Source of the DNA: a virus
Taxonomy: Duplodnaviria > Caudoviricetes
Strand: one strand, 5' to 3'
Virus record (IMG/VR): IMGVR_UViG_3300036762_000188
DNA: 64,000 nt
Below the pieces are notes generated by a model. That model searched no databases, was not told the DNA's origin, and saw nothing but the letters and a program-made list of their open reading frames with translations. The translations under genes and the position numbers were made by a program. Shown here one piece after another: positions 41,502 through 50,930 of this stretch (positions are counted from its first letter, which is position 1; the number at the start of each line of letters is the position of its first letter).

Positions 41502-42398
41502 ATGAGATTAATAGGTATGACGCCTACCGGCGTTCCGCACTTAGGTCACTACGTAAGCATCCTGCGTAATCCACAGGACTCACTATGCTTAGTAGCAGAC
41601 TATCACGCTATGGTTAAAGGATCTACTGACCTACTAGGTAACAGTCGGGTGCTTCACGCAGCCTTCGAGGCGACAGGCGCTGATCCTACCAAAATCTACA
41701 CTCAGTCCAGTATACCAGAGGTCTTGGAGTTATATTGGATCCTCAACTGCATGACCCCTAAGGGTATGCTCAACCGCTCACATGCTTACGTCAGCGCCCT
41801 ACAGGGTGATCAGGGTCGTATACAGGCTGGTCTCTTCAATTATCCAGTGCTCATGGCTGCAGACATCCTGTTAGTCAATGCGGATACGGTAGTAATAGGG
41901 CGCGATCAGTTATCCCATATGGAGTTAGCAGCCTTCTTAGCTAACCGCTTCAACAAACGCTACGGCGAGGTGTTCCGCGTACCCGCGTATGAGGTAACTG
42001 ATATACTTCCCGGCAGGGATGGGTTGAAGATGGGTAAGAGCGCCGGTAATAGTATACCGCTGTTCTCTTCACCCGAGCAATTGCTTAAGGATATCAAAGG
42101 TATTAAGACGGATAGTAGACTCCCAGGGGAGCCTAAGGATCTTATACCTATCTTCGACTTGTGGAAGGCCTTCGCTACCGAGGAGCAGACGGAGGAGATG
42201 CGGGTAGCCTTCAGAGAGGGTATAGGCTGGGGTGACTTTAAGGTCAAGCTATTCAACCTTATTAACGATGAAATCAAGGACGCACGCGAGCGATACTATG
42301 AGCTAATGAATAAGCCATATCAGCCAGTAAACGACGTGTATTATACTGCACGCAGTACCTTAGATAAAGTCAAAGAGCTAGTATGGAGTAAGACATGA
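41502..42398 (+). CDS. trpS: Tryptophanyl-tRNA synthetase
   Basis: G.TPTG.PHLGHY (HIGH), ADYHA, YTQS.IPE, GLFNYPVLMAADIL, G.DQ..H.E, LPG.DG.KMGKS (KMSKS); GAGG RBS before ATG 41502. Confidence 0.93.
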   Translation: MRLIGMTPTGVPHLGHYVSILRNPQDSLCLVADYHAMVKGSTDLLGNSRVLHAAFEATGADPTKIYTQSSIPEVLELYWILNCMTPKGMLNRSHAYVSALQGDQGRIQAGLFNYPVLMAADILLVNADTVVIGRDQLSHMELAAFLANRFNKRYGEVFRVPAYEVTDILPGRDGLKMGKSAGNSIPLFSSPEQLLKDIKGIKTDSRLPGEPKDLIPIFDLWKAFATEEQTEEMRVAFREGIGWGDFKVKLFNLINDEIKDARERYYELMNKPYQPVNDVYYTARSTLDKVKELVWSKT

Positions 42399-43234
42399 AG
42401 AATTACTTAGACTTAATACACTACGTTAAAGATAACGGCCGTACCGCCCAGACCCGTAGCGGTGAGACCCTGCGCGTATTTGATTACAAGCTAGAATACG
42501 ACGTGCGCTATGGCTTCCCTGCAGTAACTACTAAACGACTACCGTTCAACCTTATATCCGGGGAGCTACTCTGGTTCCTTAACGGCTATACCACCCTGCG
42601 TAGCCTCAGAAGGCTCTCAGGGCTCGCAGAGGACGCGCGGACCATCTGGACTGATGATTACCTTAGATGGAGCGCTGGAAGCTCTGAGCGCCCTCTCAAC
42701 GACCCTCAGGACCTAGGTAAGCTGTATGGGTACCAGTGGCGTCGTGGGGTGGATCAGGTAGCCCGTCTGGTCGATACCATACAGAAGGATCCTACTAGCC
42801 GCTACCTACGTGTGGAAGCCTGGAATCCAGAGACGGTAGTTAACGGCGAGGCTGCCCTACCGCCCTGCCACACCGGCTTCACAGTATTCGTAGAGGATGG
42901 ATATCTAGATCTTAAATGGCGCCAGCGCTCTGTAGACGTGTTCCTCGGACTGCCCTTTAACATAGCCAGCTACGCGCTGCTACTACACATACTAGCCAGT
43001 ATCACTGGGCTAATCCCGCGCCGACTCATAGGCGATCTGGACGACGTGCATATTTACACGGCTCACATGAGCGCAGTGGATGAGCAGTTAGCCCGTACCC
43101 CTAAGGCTCTACCCACCCTGGTCATGCCGGAAATACCCTCCCTCCTCAGTGTAACTGATCTAACCTGCCATGACTTCAGATTAGACGGCTATGAACCACA
43201 TCCTACTATAAAAGCCCCTCTACTGGTAGGATAA
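42395..43234 (+). CDS. thyA: Thymidylate synthase
   Basis: FPAVTTK, GELLWFL, YGYQWR, LPPCH, QRSVD.FLGLPFNIASY, HIY. Confidence 0.95.
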   Translation: MKNYLDLIHYVKDNGRTAQTRSGETLRVFDYKLEYDVRYGFPAVTTKRLPFNLISGELLWFLNGYTTLRSLRRLSGLAEDARTIWTDDYLRWSAGSSERPLNDPQDLGKLYGYQWRRGVDQVARLVDTIQKDPTSRYLRVEAWNPETVVNGEAALPPCHTGFTVFVEDGYLDLKWRQRSVDVFLGLPFNIASYALLLHILASITGLIPRRLIGDLDDVHIYTAHMSAVDEQLARTPKALPTLVMPEIPSLLSVTDLTCHDFRLDGYEPHPTIKAPLLVG

Positions 43235-43276
43235 TACCCGTATAGTGTTATAAGTACATTATACTAAGGAGGTACT

Positions 43277-43624
43277 ATGTACTTATATCGTCTAGAATCA
43301 TTTGATAAGTTTATAGGCTACGTCAATAGTGGCCCCTGGCGCTGTGACAATGCCTTCGCAGCAGGTATAGTACCTCATGACATAGATGATCTCTCTCATC
43401 CACATCCCTATGATGATGGACTTACTATACACGAAAACGAGGTGTGTGGAGTAAGGTCTATGAGGGATATAGACCACTGGTTTCCTCGTAGGTTTAAGAC
43501 CCGCTCTAAGTTCAGGGTAGTCAAGTATTACGTACCTACGGAGCACTGTAAGATCGGCCGCCGTCAGGTAGTATTCCCTGCCGAGAAGGCTCGAGTAGTA
43601 CACACCCTATACATCAAGGATTAA
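43277..43624 (+). CDS. Hypothetical protein (possible degenerate ART-like fold)
   Basis: YLYR.E..GPW..HP.P.DDG..WF..QVVF; AGGAGG RBS; promoter motif at 43246. Confidence 0.6.
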   Translation: MYLYRLESFDKFIGYVNSGPWRCDNAFAAGIVPHDIDDLSHPHPYDDGLTIHENEVCGVRSMRDIDHWFPRRFKTRSKFRVVKYYVPTEHCKIGRRQVVFPAEKARVVHTLYIKD

Positions 43625-43626
43625 AT

Positions 43627-44832
43627 ATGAAGAAAGCTATTATAATAGGTGGAGGTACGTTCTCACACGTCACCAGCCACCTATCACTGGCGGCGCCGGC
43701 CTTCGGTACTACTGCTAGATATCTGCACAGCATATTCCCGTCCGGTATGGACTCGGAATTGGTGCTGACTAAGATGGCAGATCCTGCTAGCAGTATAGTC
43801 ACTAACCGGGATTTAGAGGATTACGTTGATACTCTGATATCCCTCAACACCACTAAGATAGTATTCTTTAACCCTGCCGTATGTGATTTTGAAGGGTCCG
43901 TAAGCGGACACCAGGGTAAGTACTCTACTAGATTGAAATCCTCTGCTCCTGCCATCATAGACTTAACTCCGGCTGATAAGATCGTAGGCAAGATCCGTAA
44001 GAAGCGTAAGGATATACTCGTAGTAGCCTTCAAGACTACCTGCGGGGAGACTCGCGCCGAGCAGTTCCGCCAGGGTCTGGATATGCTTAAGCGCAACTCT
44101 GTTAACCTAGTAGTGGTTAATGATGTTAAGACGCGGGAGAATATGATTGTAACTCCAGAGGAAGGGGTGTACTACGGTACTCGAGAGGAGGTACTTAATA
44201 TGGCTGTAGAAATGGCGTACCTACGCAGCCATCTTAGTTTTACCCGCTCTACCGTAATAGCAGGCGACACGATACCATGGGTAAGTGATTTAGTACCTGC
44301 CAATTTACGCACCGTAGTTGACTGGCTAGTATCGGAGTCTGCGTACCATGTGTTTAATGGTGCTACTACGGGGCATTTCGCGGCTAAGCTAGGGCACGGA
44401 CATTTCCTGACTTCTATCCGGAAGACTAATTTTAACGACATCTTCACTAACGGTATGGTGGAGGTGCGCACTTCAGGCCTTGACGAGGTGATAGCCATAG
44501 GAGCTAAGCCTTCCGTAGGCGGGCAGAGTCAGCGGGTTATATTCGACGCTACTGATCTAGACTGCATAGTGCACTTCCACTGTCCACTACTAGAGGGATC
44601 TAAGGTACCGGTAGTATCACAACGTGAGTACGAGTGCGGCAGCCTTCAGTGTGGTATAAACACCCGCGATGGGCTTAAGAAGTTCGAACACTGCCTAGCG
44701 GTCATGCTGGACATGCACGGGCCTAACATAGTGTTCAGTAAGGATACTGATCCAGCGGATATCATAGAGTTTATCCGACTTAACTTCGACCTATCTAAGC
44801 CTACTAACGGCTTTAGTGAGGTCTACCTATAG
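43627..44832 (+). CDS. CoaB/DFP-like amide ligase fused to a class II aldolase/adducin-like domain
   Basis: IIIGGGT...GTTA, PAVCDF, KIVGKIRK..VVAFK, VVVND; C-terminal GHFA, PSV, IVHFH, CGS, HG. Confidence 0.7.
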   Translation: MKKAIIIGGGTFSHVTSHLSLAAPAFGTTARYLHSIFPSGMDSELVLTKMADPASSIVTNRDLEDYVDTLISLNTTKIVFFNPAVCDFEGSVSGHQGKYSTRLKSSAPAIIDLTPADKIVGKIRKKRKDILVVAFKTTCGETRAEQFRQGLDMLKRNSVNLVVVNDVKTRENMIVTPEEGVYYGTREEVLNMAVEMAYLRSHLSFTRSTVIAGDTIPWVSDLVPANLRTVVDWLVSESAYHVFNGATTGHFAAKLGHGHFLTSIRKTNFNDIFTNGMVEVRTSGLDEVIAIGAKPSVGGQSQRVIFDATDLDCIVHFHCPLLEGSKVPVVSQREYECGSLQCGINTRDGLKKFEHCLAVMLDMHGPNIVFSKDTDPADIIEFIRLNFDLSKPTNGFSEVYL

Positions 44833-44833
44833 T

Positions 44834-45617
44834 GGATATTTTGCAGCACGCTTACAATATAGGTGCCACACACATGTCAGTCTATGATACTTATTATAAG
44901 GATATAACCGCAGGTAGTTACATGATCTCCTTCTGCAAAATCCCCCAGAAGGGGGAGGATCCTGAGGCAAACTGGCATTACCGTAACGGCATACCTCAGG
45001 GTTTTTTTAAAGGGGATGTGGTAAAGATAGATTATACGCCCTTAGGTCCTAACCCAGAGCGTAATACCCCGGAGATGAAGCGGTTGAGATACGCTTACGA
45101 TAGGAAGGCTACTCATAGATCCACGACCGTCAACCTCTATTACAGAAACATTCTTAAAGGCGCGTCTTATGAAACCTGTACTGATGCTTCTGACTGGATT
45201 CATCGCAAAGGTAGCCCTGACGGTGACATAGTAGAGATAGACTATAGCCCGTTGCTCCTAAGAATCGCACCGCGTGATATGCGGTGTTTCGATAAGGTAT
45301 ACAGTGTTATAGGAGAGGCTGCTAAGGAGGAATTGCAGAGAGTCATTGATAGCATGCATACTAAAGGCTACTGTATCGAGGATATGATTAACAAACCCTT
45401 AGTCGATGCCTTTAATTGGAAGATCTCTCCTCAGGGAGATACTTTCTGGCAGGATATTAACAAAGGGCATACCCCCAGGGGTTATGTACAGACTACGGGC
45501 AACCAGTTTTCACAAGGGATTACGTGTATTATATCTAATGGATGCGATGAGTTACAGGTAGCTATGGATATTCTAACTTTAGCACGGGCTGAAGTACACC
45601 GTCTTACCAAGGAGTAG
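44834..45617 (+). CDS. Hypothetical protein with internal repeat
   Basis: Two copies of AY...ATH...YY..I...W....G..GD.V.IDY.PL; AF.W..SPQG..FW motif; start approximate. Confidence 0.6.
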
Positions 45618-45620
45618 CTC

Positions 45621-46061
45621 TTGATAAAACTAAGTATCAGGCAATTGAAACGCGCCCTTGACGTATCTGCCACTCACGTAGATCCTATAAGTAAACCCTA
45701 CCGCTTTTGCAAAGGAGTTAACAGGGTAACAGGAGAGTACCTGTCTAGATCTCCTAAGGACTCTGACTGGGTGCATAATGGTCTACTTTACGGTAATGCT
45801 TTCCATCTATGTAAGATAGACTTTCAGCCGCTCTTACGGTCCGGTGAGTACCTAGTATTCCCTCTTCACTCCTCTTTGATCGGCAGGAAGGTTGTATTCA
45901 ACGGTTACGCCAAGCATGGGCTTAATAAGTACGAGAAGGGAGTAGCTTACACTATAGAGGAGCACTCCGGAGGCGGTATAGGTCCTTTAGATGAGGATGG
46001 GTCTATACCCACGCCTAACTGCTACAACAGCTATGTATTTACACTGGAGGGTGGATCATGA
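45621..46061 (+). CDS. Hypothetical protein (shares the ATH..W..IDF.PL repeat)
   Basis: AGGAG RBS; paralogous module. Confidence 0.55.
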   Translation: MIKLSIRQLKRALDVSATHVDPISKPYRFCKGVNRVTGEYLSRSPKDSDWVHNGLLYGNAFHLCKIDFQPLLRSGEYLVFPLHSSLIGRKVVFNGYAKHGLNKYEKGVAYTIEEHSGGGIGPLDEDGSIPTPNCYNSYVFTLEGGS

Positions 46062-46990
46062 AGTATAGGATGAGACCGTTAGTAGTAGACGCCGTTCAGT
46101 GGACTGGAGATAATCTGCTAGAGGTGACTAGACATCTGGGTAACAAGGTTAATGCCATGGATCGGCGATGGGAAGACTACGTAGATTTAGTGGCGCGTAG
46201 AGGCTTGGAGATACAGTCACTAAGAGGTAGGATACCTGTAAACATAGGTGACTACATAATTAATGACTCCTGGTATAGCGTAGTTGATCCTGCGACTTTC
46301 AAGAAGCTCTATGAGCTGGTAGAACCCTATACTTTTACTCTACGTAAGACCCAGGGTTATAGTGAGTTGGTCATGCGCCGGGCAGAGATCACTGAGACTT
46401 CACTGGCAGATGAGGATTCTAACTCATGCGCCTCCTGTGAGAATACAATAGAGCCGAGTGGACCTGTTATAAGTACTACGTATACACAGGAGAAACTTAT
46501 GAATTTAGATAACAAAGCAGTAAGAACAGGAGTATTGGTTAAGCAATATTTATTATTGCGTATCCTAGAGAACACCAGCACTACTGTGCTGCGCAAGGAT
46601 TTATCAGGCTGCCCAGACATACTAAACCGGCGCAATCTGGCTACGTTAATCGATCCACTGCTACGCCGTGGGTGGGCTACTAGCCAGGAGTCGCTGGTAG
46701 AGGGGGTATACTGGTATAACATAACTTCCCTAGGGTGTTTGATATTATCCGAGTACTTCGGTAAGTCAATATCCCGCGCTAACGCCATTAAGGCTTTAGA
46801 GTTCTCACATCACTTCTGTGATGTAACCACTCTACAGCTTAAGGCTATGATGGAGCTTCGGAGGGGCCGTGAGGTACGCCCTGGACATCCGGTAGTTATG
46901 CTGGAGAAGAAGGGTTTAGTGGAAGAGGGTCACCTCACCGCTAGCGGGGCGCATGCGCTAAGTGTAATGCGCAAGCTGTTCAAGAAGTAA
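46058..46990 (+). CDS. Apparent fusion of a phage PGDYG-like protein and a winged-helix protein
   Basis: VDAVQWTGDN..GDYII..F.KLYE; internal promoter motif at 46465 and AGGAG-ATG at 46498. Confidence 0.55.
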   Translation: MKYRMRPLVVDAVQWTGDNLLEVTRHLGNKVNAMDRRWEDYVDLVARRGLEIQSLRGRIPVNIGDYIINDSWYSVVDPATFKKLYELVEPYTFTLRKTQGYSELVMRRAEITETSLADEDSNSCASCENTIEPSGPVISTTYTQEKLMNLDNKAVRTGVLVKQYLLLRILENTSTTVLRKDLSGCPDILNRRNLATLIDPLLRRGWATSQESLVEGVYWYNITSLGCLILSEYFGKSISRANAIKALEFSHHFCDVTTLQLKAMMELRRGREVRPGHPVVMLEKKGLVEEGHLTASGAHALSVMRKLFKK

Positions 46991-46997
46991 ACATTAA

Positions 46998-47033
46998 GGT
47001 TGCAACGCGTTATAAGTATAATGTGTTGCAACC
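46998..47033 (+). promoter_or_regulatory. ter-operon promoter motif embedded in an inverted repeat with two GTTGCAAC palindromes
   Basis: GGTTGCAACGCGTTAT-AAGT-ATAATGTGTTGCAACC. Confidence 0.55.
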
Positions 47034-47075
47034 GCCTTCTTAGCGGAAGGCACCTTTTTAATTAGGAGAAATACC

Positions 47076-47675
47076 ATGGACTTTACCAAAATACCTGCAG
47101 GCGTACATACAGCTAAGCTGAACTTCAGCAAAGCCACTTTGGCTACTAGCGTAGAGCTATCGGCCAAAAATCTCCGCGTGGAGATGTTCTGGGAAAATGA
47201 AGGTGACGGCGAGTTAATCGCGGTCCTTACCGAAGCCGGTAAGATGATACCCGGTGCAGACGCCTCGGACAGCTACAAGCTGAACGGTGCTTTGTACTAC
47301 CACAATAAATCTCTGCCGGGCCTTAAGCACCTGGGTGACTGCCGTGAAGGCGGTGACGGCGATCCGTCTACCCCGGAAGAGACTATTAGCATTAACTTGT
47401 CTGAAGTAATGGTTAATGAGATCAGTCTTATCGTCGGTACTTCAAGCGAAAGCGAACCTCTGCCGTTAGGCAAACTGGGAGGCTGCCGCATGCTCCTAGT
47501 GGATGATGATACTAACGACGTGCTTCTGGGCACTGAAATCGTGGATGCTGATAACACATCTAACGAGATCTGTACGCTTAAGCGCGACAACGGTCGTTGG
47601 TTCTACGAGAAGACTGGTCGCTCAATCGGCAAGTCTGCCATGGCTATGGCGGACGTGTACGCTTCCTATCAGTAA
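47076..47675 (+). CDS. terD: TerD-family protein
   Basis: YYHN...GLKHLGD.REG.GD...ETISINL..W.Y. Confidence 0.75.
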   Translation: MDFTKIPAGVHTAKLNFSKATLATSVELSAKNLRVEMFWENEGDGELIAVLTEAGKMIPGADASDSYKLNGALYYHNKSLPGLKHLGDCREGGDGDPSTPEETISINLSEVMVNEISLIVGTSSESEPLPLGKLGGCRMLLVDDDTNDVLLGTEIVDADNTSNEICTLKRDNGRWFYEKTGRSIGKSAMAMADVYASYQ

Positions 47676-47713
47676 GTTTAAAGCCCTCCTACGGGAGGGC
47701 CTCTGGAGACAAT

Positions 47714-48325
47714 ATGAATTTCAACCTTGATTTTAGTAAAGCCCAGACTATATCTGCTGGCCAGACCATTCAGTTCGCTAAAGATAACCCTGGTCTGACC
47801 AAGGTACGCGCTGAGCTATACTGGCAGAGCGAGCATGACGCTGACGTCAGCGTATTAGTGCTTGAAAACGGTAAGATTCTACCTGGGTTAATGAACTCAG
47901 ATAGTAATTCTACCAAGGGCATGCTCTGGTATTTCAACCCTGTACTACCAGGGCTTAAGCATAGCGGAGACGTCCTGGAGTCTACCGGTACTGGACCGGA
48001 AGAGACTATTTACATCGACCTGTCTAAGACGGAAGGTGACGAGCTGCTGATAGTAGCTTCTACCGACTGCGGCGGGGTGGCCGGTCAATCACTACCAGGC
48101 GTACCATTCGGTAAGGTACGCAATTGTAAGATCCTGATCATCAACGATCTTACCAACGAGGTATTATACTCGTATGAATTGGACGAAGACTTTAGCACCT
48201 ACACCTCTGTAGAGATGGCTTCTTTCTACGTCCGTAATAATGAATGGCGCTTTAAATCCCGCGGTGTTGGTGTAGCCAACACTCCACATGGCCTAGAAGG
48301 CATCTACCTCAAGTATAAAGGTTAA
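47714..48325 (+). CDS. terD: TerD-family protein
   Basis: DADVS, HSGD...G.GPEETI.IDL, FGKVRN, YEL.EDFS..T.V....Y..NNEWRF; GGAG RBS before ATG 47714. Confidence 0.85.
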   Translation: MNFNLDFSKAQTISAGQTIQFAKDNPGLTKVRAELYWQSEHDADVSVLVLENGKILPGLMNSDSNSTKGMLWYFNPVLPGLKHSGDVLESTGTGPEETIYIDLSKTEGDELLIVASTDCGGVAGQSLPGVPFGKVRNCKILIINDLTNEVLYSYELDEDFSTYTSVEMASFYVRNNEWRFKSRGVGVANTPHGLEGIYLKYKG

Positions 48326-48327
48326 TT

Positions 48328-48957
48328 ATGTTAAACTTCGCTAAAGTACAACCTGGTTCTTCCCTGAATTTCGCCAAGGATACCGGTGTATTACACTTCG
48401 GTATGAACTGGTCTACTATGAAAAATGGAAGTTCCGTCGACTTGGACGCCGGTATTCTAATCGCTAAGAAGTCCTCAGTTAAGGGTTTCCTAGGCTTCGG
48501 TAGTAAGTCATCTGCGGAAGTCGTAGAGTTCTGTAACTTCGGATCTCCTCTAGTACCAGGTGATCCGCGTGGATCTAAGCGTCGTGCTACCGCTCGTATC
48601 ACCCATAGTGGTGACGATCGTGTCGGCGACACCAGTCTTGACTACTCAGACAATGAAGTAGTCTCATTCGACCCGGCTTCCCTGAAAGAAGACGAAGTAG
48701 CTTTGATCGGACTGTGGTCTTTCCAAGGGCATAACCTTAAGGATGTCCCTCGTGCAGGCGTGCGCGTATACAAAGGGGCGCCTAATGCGCCTACTGAAGC
48801 CCTGGCTGAAGTAGATCTTACTGATATGTCGGGACGCAGTCTTACACTGGGCTCTGTGACATTCGAGAACGGTGCAGCGGTATTCCGTAGCATCGGTAAA
48901 TGCGGTAATTCTACATACCCTAGTGACTGGTCTAAGGAGGCCTTAGCATATGTTTGA
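48328..48957 (+). CDS. terZ: TerD/TerZ-family protein
   Basis: FGMNW..VDLDA, ITHSGDDRVGD..DNEV, SFQG. Confidence 0.8.
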   Translation: MLNFAKVQPGSSLNFAKDTGVLHFGMNWSTMKNGSSVDLDAGILIAKKSSVKGFLGFGSKSSAEVVEFCNFGSPLVPGDPRGSKRRATARITHSGDDRVGDTSLDYSDNEVVSFDPASLKEDEVALIGLWSFQGHNLKDVPRAGVRVYKGAPNAPTEALAEVDLTDMSGRSLTLGSVTFENGAAVFRSIGKCGNSTYPSDWSKEALAYV

Positions 48958-49375
48958 TGCAGCGTCTATCTTGAATAAAGTGATGAATGCACTGCCTGCC
49001 GCTGTCAATGACGAGCGTCAGTACGTTAAGTCCCTATCTGCAGCACTGACTCTGTCAGTAGCAGCTGACGGTGTGTACGAAGCCGGTGAGTTTCAGCAGG
49101 CTTGCGATTATATCTCCAAGGATACTGTGGTAGTACGACACGATATGCAGGAGATCTCGTTAGACTACTTCCGCGGTTACGTTAAGTACATCGAAGAAGC
49201 TATGAAGGCTAATGATCATAACTTCGTGATGATGCGTCAGGAACTACTCAACGAGGTCAAGAAGACTCCGTCTGAGTATAACCGTACGCTGCGTAACGTA
49301 TTAACTGATCTCAAGCGATACGTTGAAGTGGCTGCTGAGCGTAAAATGATCGAGTCCATGGAGGCCGTTCTATAA
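48950..49375 (+). CDS. terB: TerB-like protein
   Basis: AALTLSVAADG.....E; helical; ter operon context. Confidence 0.6.
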   Translation: MFDAASILNKVMNALPAAVNDERQYVKSLSAALTLSVAADGVYEAGEFQQACDYISKDTVVVRHDMQEISLDYFRGYVKYIEEAMKANDHNFVMMRQELLNEVKKTPSEYNRTLRNVLTDLKRYVEVAAERKMIESMEAVL

Positions 49376-50475
49376 TGGAAACCCTTATGATGGCATGGCC
49401 GTTCCTGGCTATCTTAGCTGCAGGTTATATTCTAAAGTATAGCTGTGACAGCTTCGAAGGTTCTGCCGGCTATCTAGGGCGTAACATGGCACCCGGTATT
49501 AAGGGTGCCACTGTCAATGCCGTAGGTAGTAGTATGCCGGAGTTATTCTCCGTGGTAGCCTGTCTATTCTTCTTTAACGACCCGCAGATGTTTGCAGTAG
49601 GCTTAGGTATTACTGCTGGTTCTGCTATATTTAATGGTTGTATCATCCCAGCTCTAAGTATTCTATGGGCCCGAGATTCTAAAGGCAAACCTGTAGATAA
49701 AATAGTGCTGGATCGTAACTCCCTGCTACGTGATATCTTCTGGGTATTACTAGCCGAGATATCTCTAGTTATCCTGTTAGGGTTCAATGATCTTACCATC
49801 TGGGGTGCCGTAGCTCTTAACGCGATCTACGTAGGGTACGCCTTTCACTTATACTGGGATAGCCGTGGTACCCCGAGTGAATCTGACTACGAGGAGGAGC
49901 TTATGGATGATAAGGGTGTAGTAGGCAATTTACTGACCTTCAACCTTAACGGATTGATGTTCGGCAATAGTAGTTATACAGCTCGCTCAGCCCTATTCGT
50001 CCTGCTAGGTAGTGTAGTGGTAATCGCCGCGGCATCACATCTGCTAGTAGAAGGGATCGTCGGTATACCGGCAGTGGTAGAGGCTACTACAGGTTGGGTA
50101 CTACCTAACTTCTTCGTAGGCCTAGTACTAGGTGCTGCAGCGTCGTCTGTCCCAGATCTCATCCTGTCCGTCAAGGATGCTCGTAAGGGTAATGGAATGG
50201 ACGCCGTGTCTAATCCGCTAGCCTCTAATACTTTCGATACTACCATATCCATAGGCCTGCCTTTACTGGCATGGTTGCTGTGGACCGGTGCCAATGGTAT
50301 AGAGCTTACTCAAGGTGAAGGTCTTACTGAGCTACGTATGTCTATCATAGCGGTTACGATCGCAGTGGCAGCATCACTACTCTTTAAGTACAAGGCAGTT
50401 ACACGCGGTGTAGCATGGACCCTACTCAGCATCTATGCTGGCTGGGTAGCCTTCGCTGTAATGCTTATGAGTTGA
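49375..50475 (+). CDS. Na+/Ca2+ exchanger-family (YrbG-like) antiporter
   Basis: Alpha-1 GAT.NAVGSSMPE..GSAIFN; alpha-2 AAASSVPD..A.SN..SNTFD; about 10 TM helices. Confidence 0.88.
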   Translation: METLMMAWPFLAILAAGYILKYSCDSFEGSAGYLGRNMAPGIKGATVNAVGSSMPELFSVVACLFFFNDPQMFAVGLGITAGSAIFNGCIIPALSILWARDSKGKPVDKIVLDRNSLLRDIFWVLLAEISLVILLGFNDLTIWGAVALNAIYVGYAFHLYWDSRGTPSESDYEEELMDDKGVVGNLLTFNLNGLMFGNSSYTARSALFVLLGSVVVIAAASHLLVEGIVGIPAVVEATTGWVLPNFFVGLVLGAAASSVPDLILSVKDARKGNGMDAVSNPLASNTFDTTISIGLPLLAWLLWTGANGIELTQGEGLTELRMSIIAVTIAVAASLLFKYKAVTRGVAWTLLSIYAGWVAFAVMLMS

Positions 50476-50531
50476 CTATGTGAATTATTCCTGGTAGGGT
50501 ATACTCTACCAGGAATATCTCAGGAGAGATT

Positions 50532-50930
50532 ATGATAGTAGATAAAGGACATGTCTTACACCCTCTGAGGGAGATAACTCTAGATGAGATAGTGTACCCT
50601 ACCGCAGTACACGCTATATGCATAGCTAATCTATATCTAAATAAGGTTAATATCGAGTATCCCGAGGAGTTTCAAGCGGAAACACTTCTGGATATGTGTG
50701 ACTTCACTACAGAGGAATGGAATAGCAAAGCGTTCAATATAGTATCACGCGTGGTGCACGCTTTTTTTAATTGTTACGGCGATGAACTACAGCAGTACTC
50801 TGAGGAGATGCTAGAGGGCGTTATCACTCTGGACGTGGGGTCTAAGATAGGTATGATTGAAGAAGGTGAGAGTTTACGTGGGGCTAATTATTGGGGCAGG
50901 GTAATAAAAATATACTTGGAGAATATATGA
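50532..50930 (+). CDS. Divergent NADAR (YbiA)-like protein
   Basis: ITLD..VYPTAVHA, EEWN, GANYWGRVI resemble NADAR YPT.EH, W and G.N.LG..LM. Confidence 0.5.
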   Translation: MIVDKGHVLHPLREITLDEIVYPTAVHAICIANLYLNKVNIEYPEEFQAETLLDMCDFTTEEWNSKAFNIVSRVVHAFFNCYGDELQQYSEEMLEGVITLDVGSKIGMIEEGESLRGANYWGRVIKIYLENI

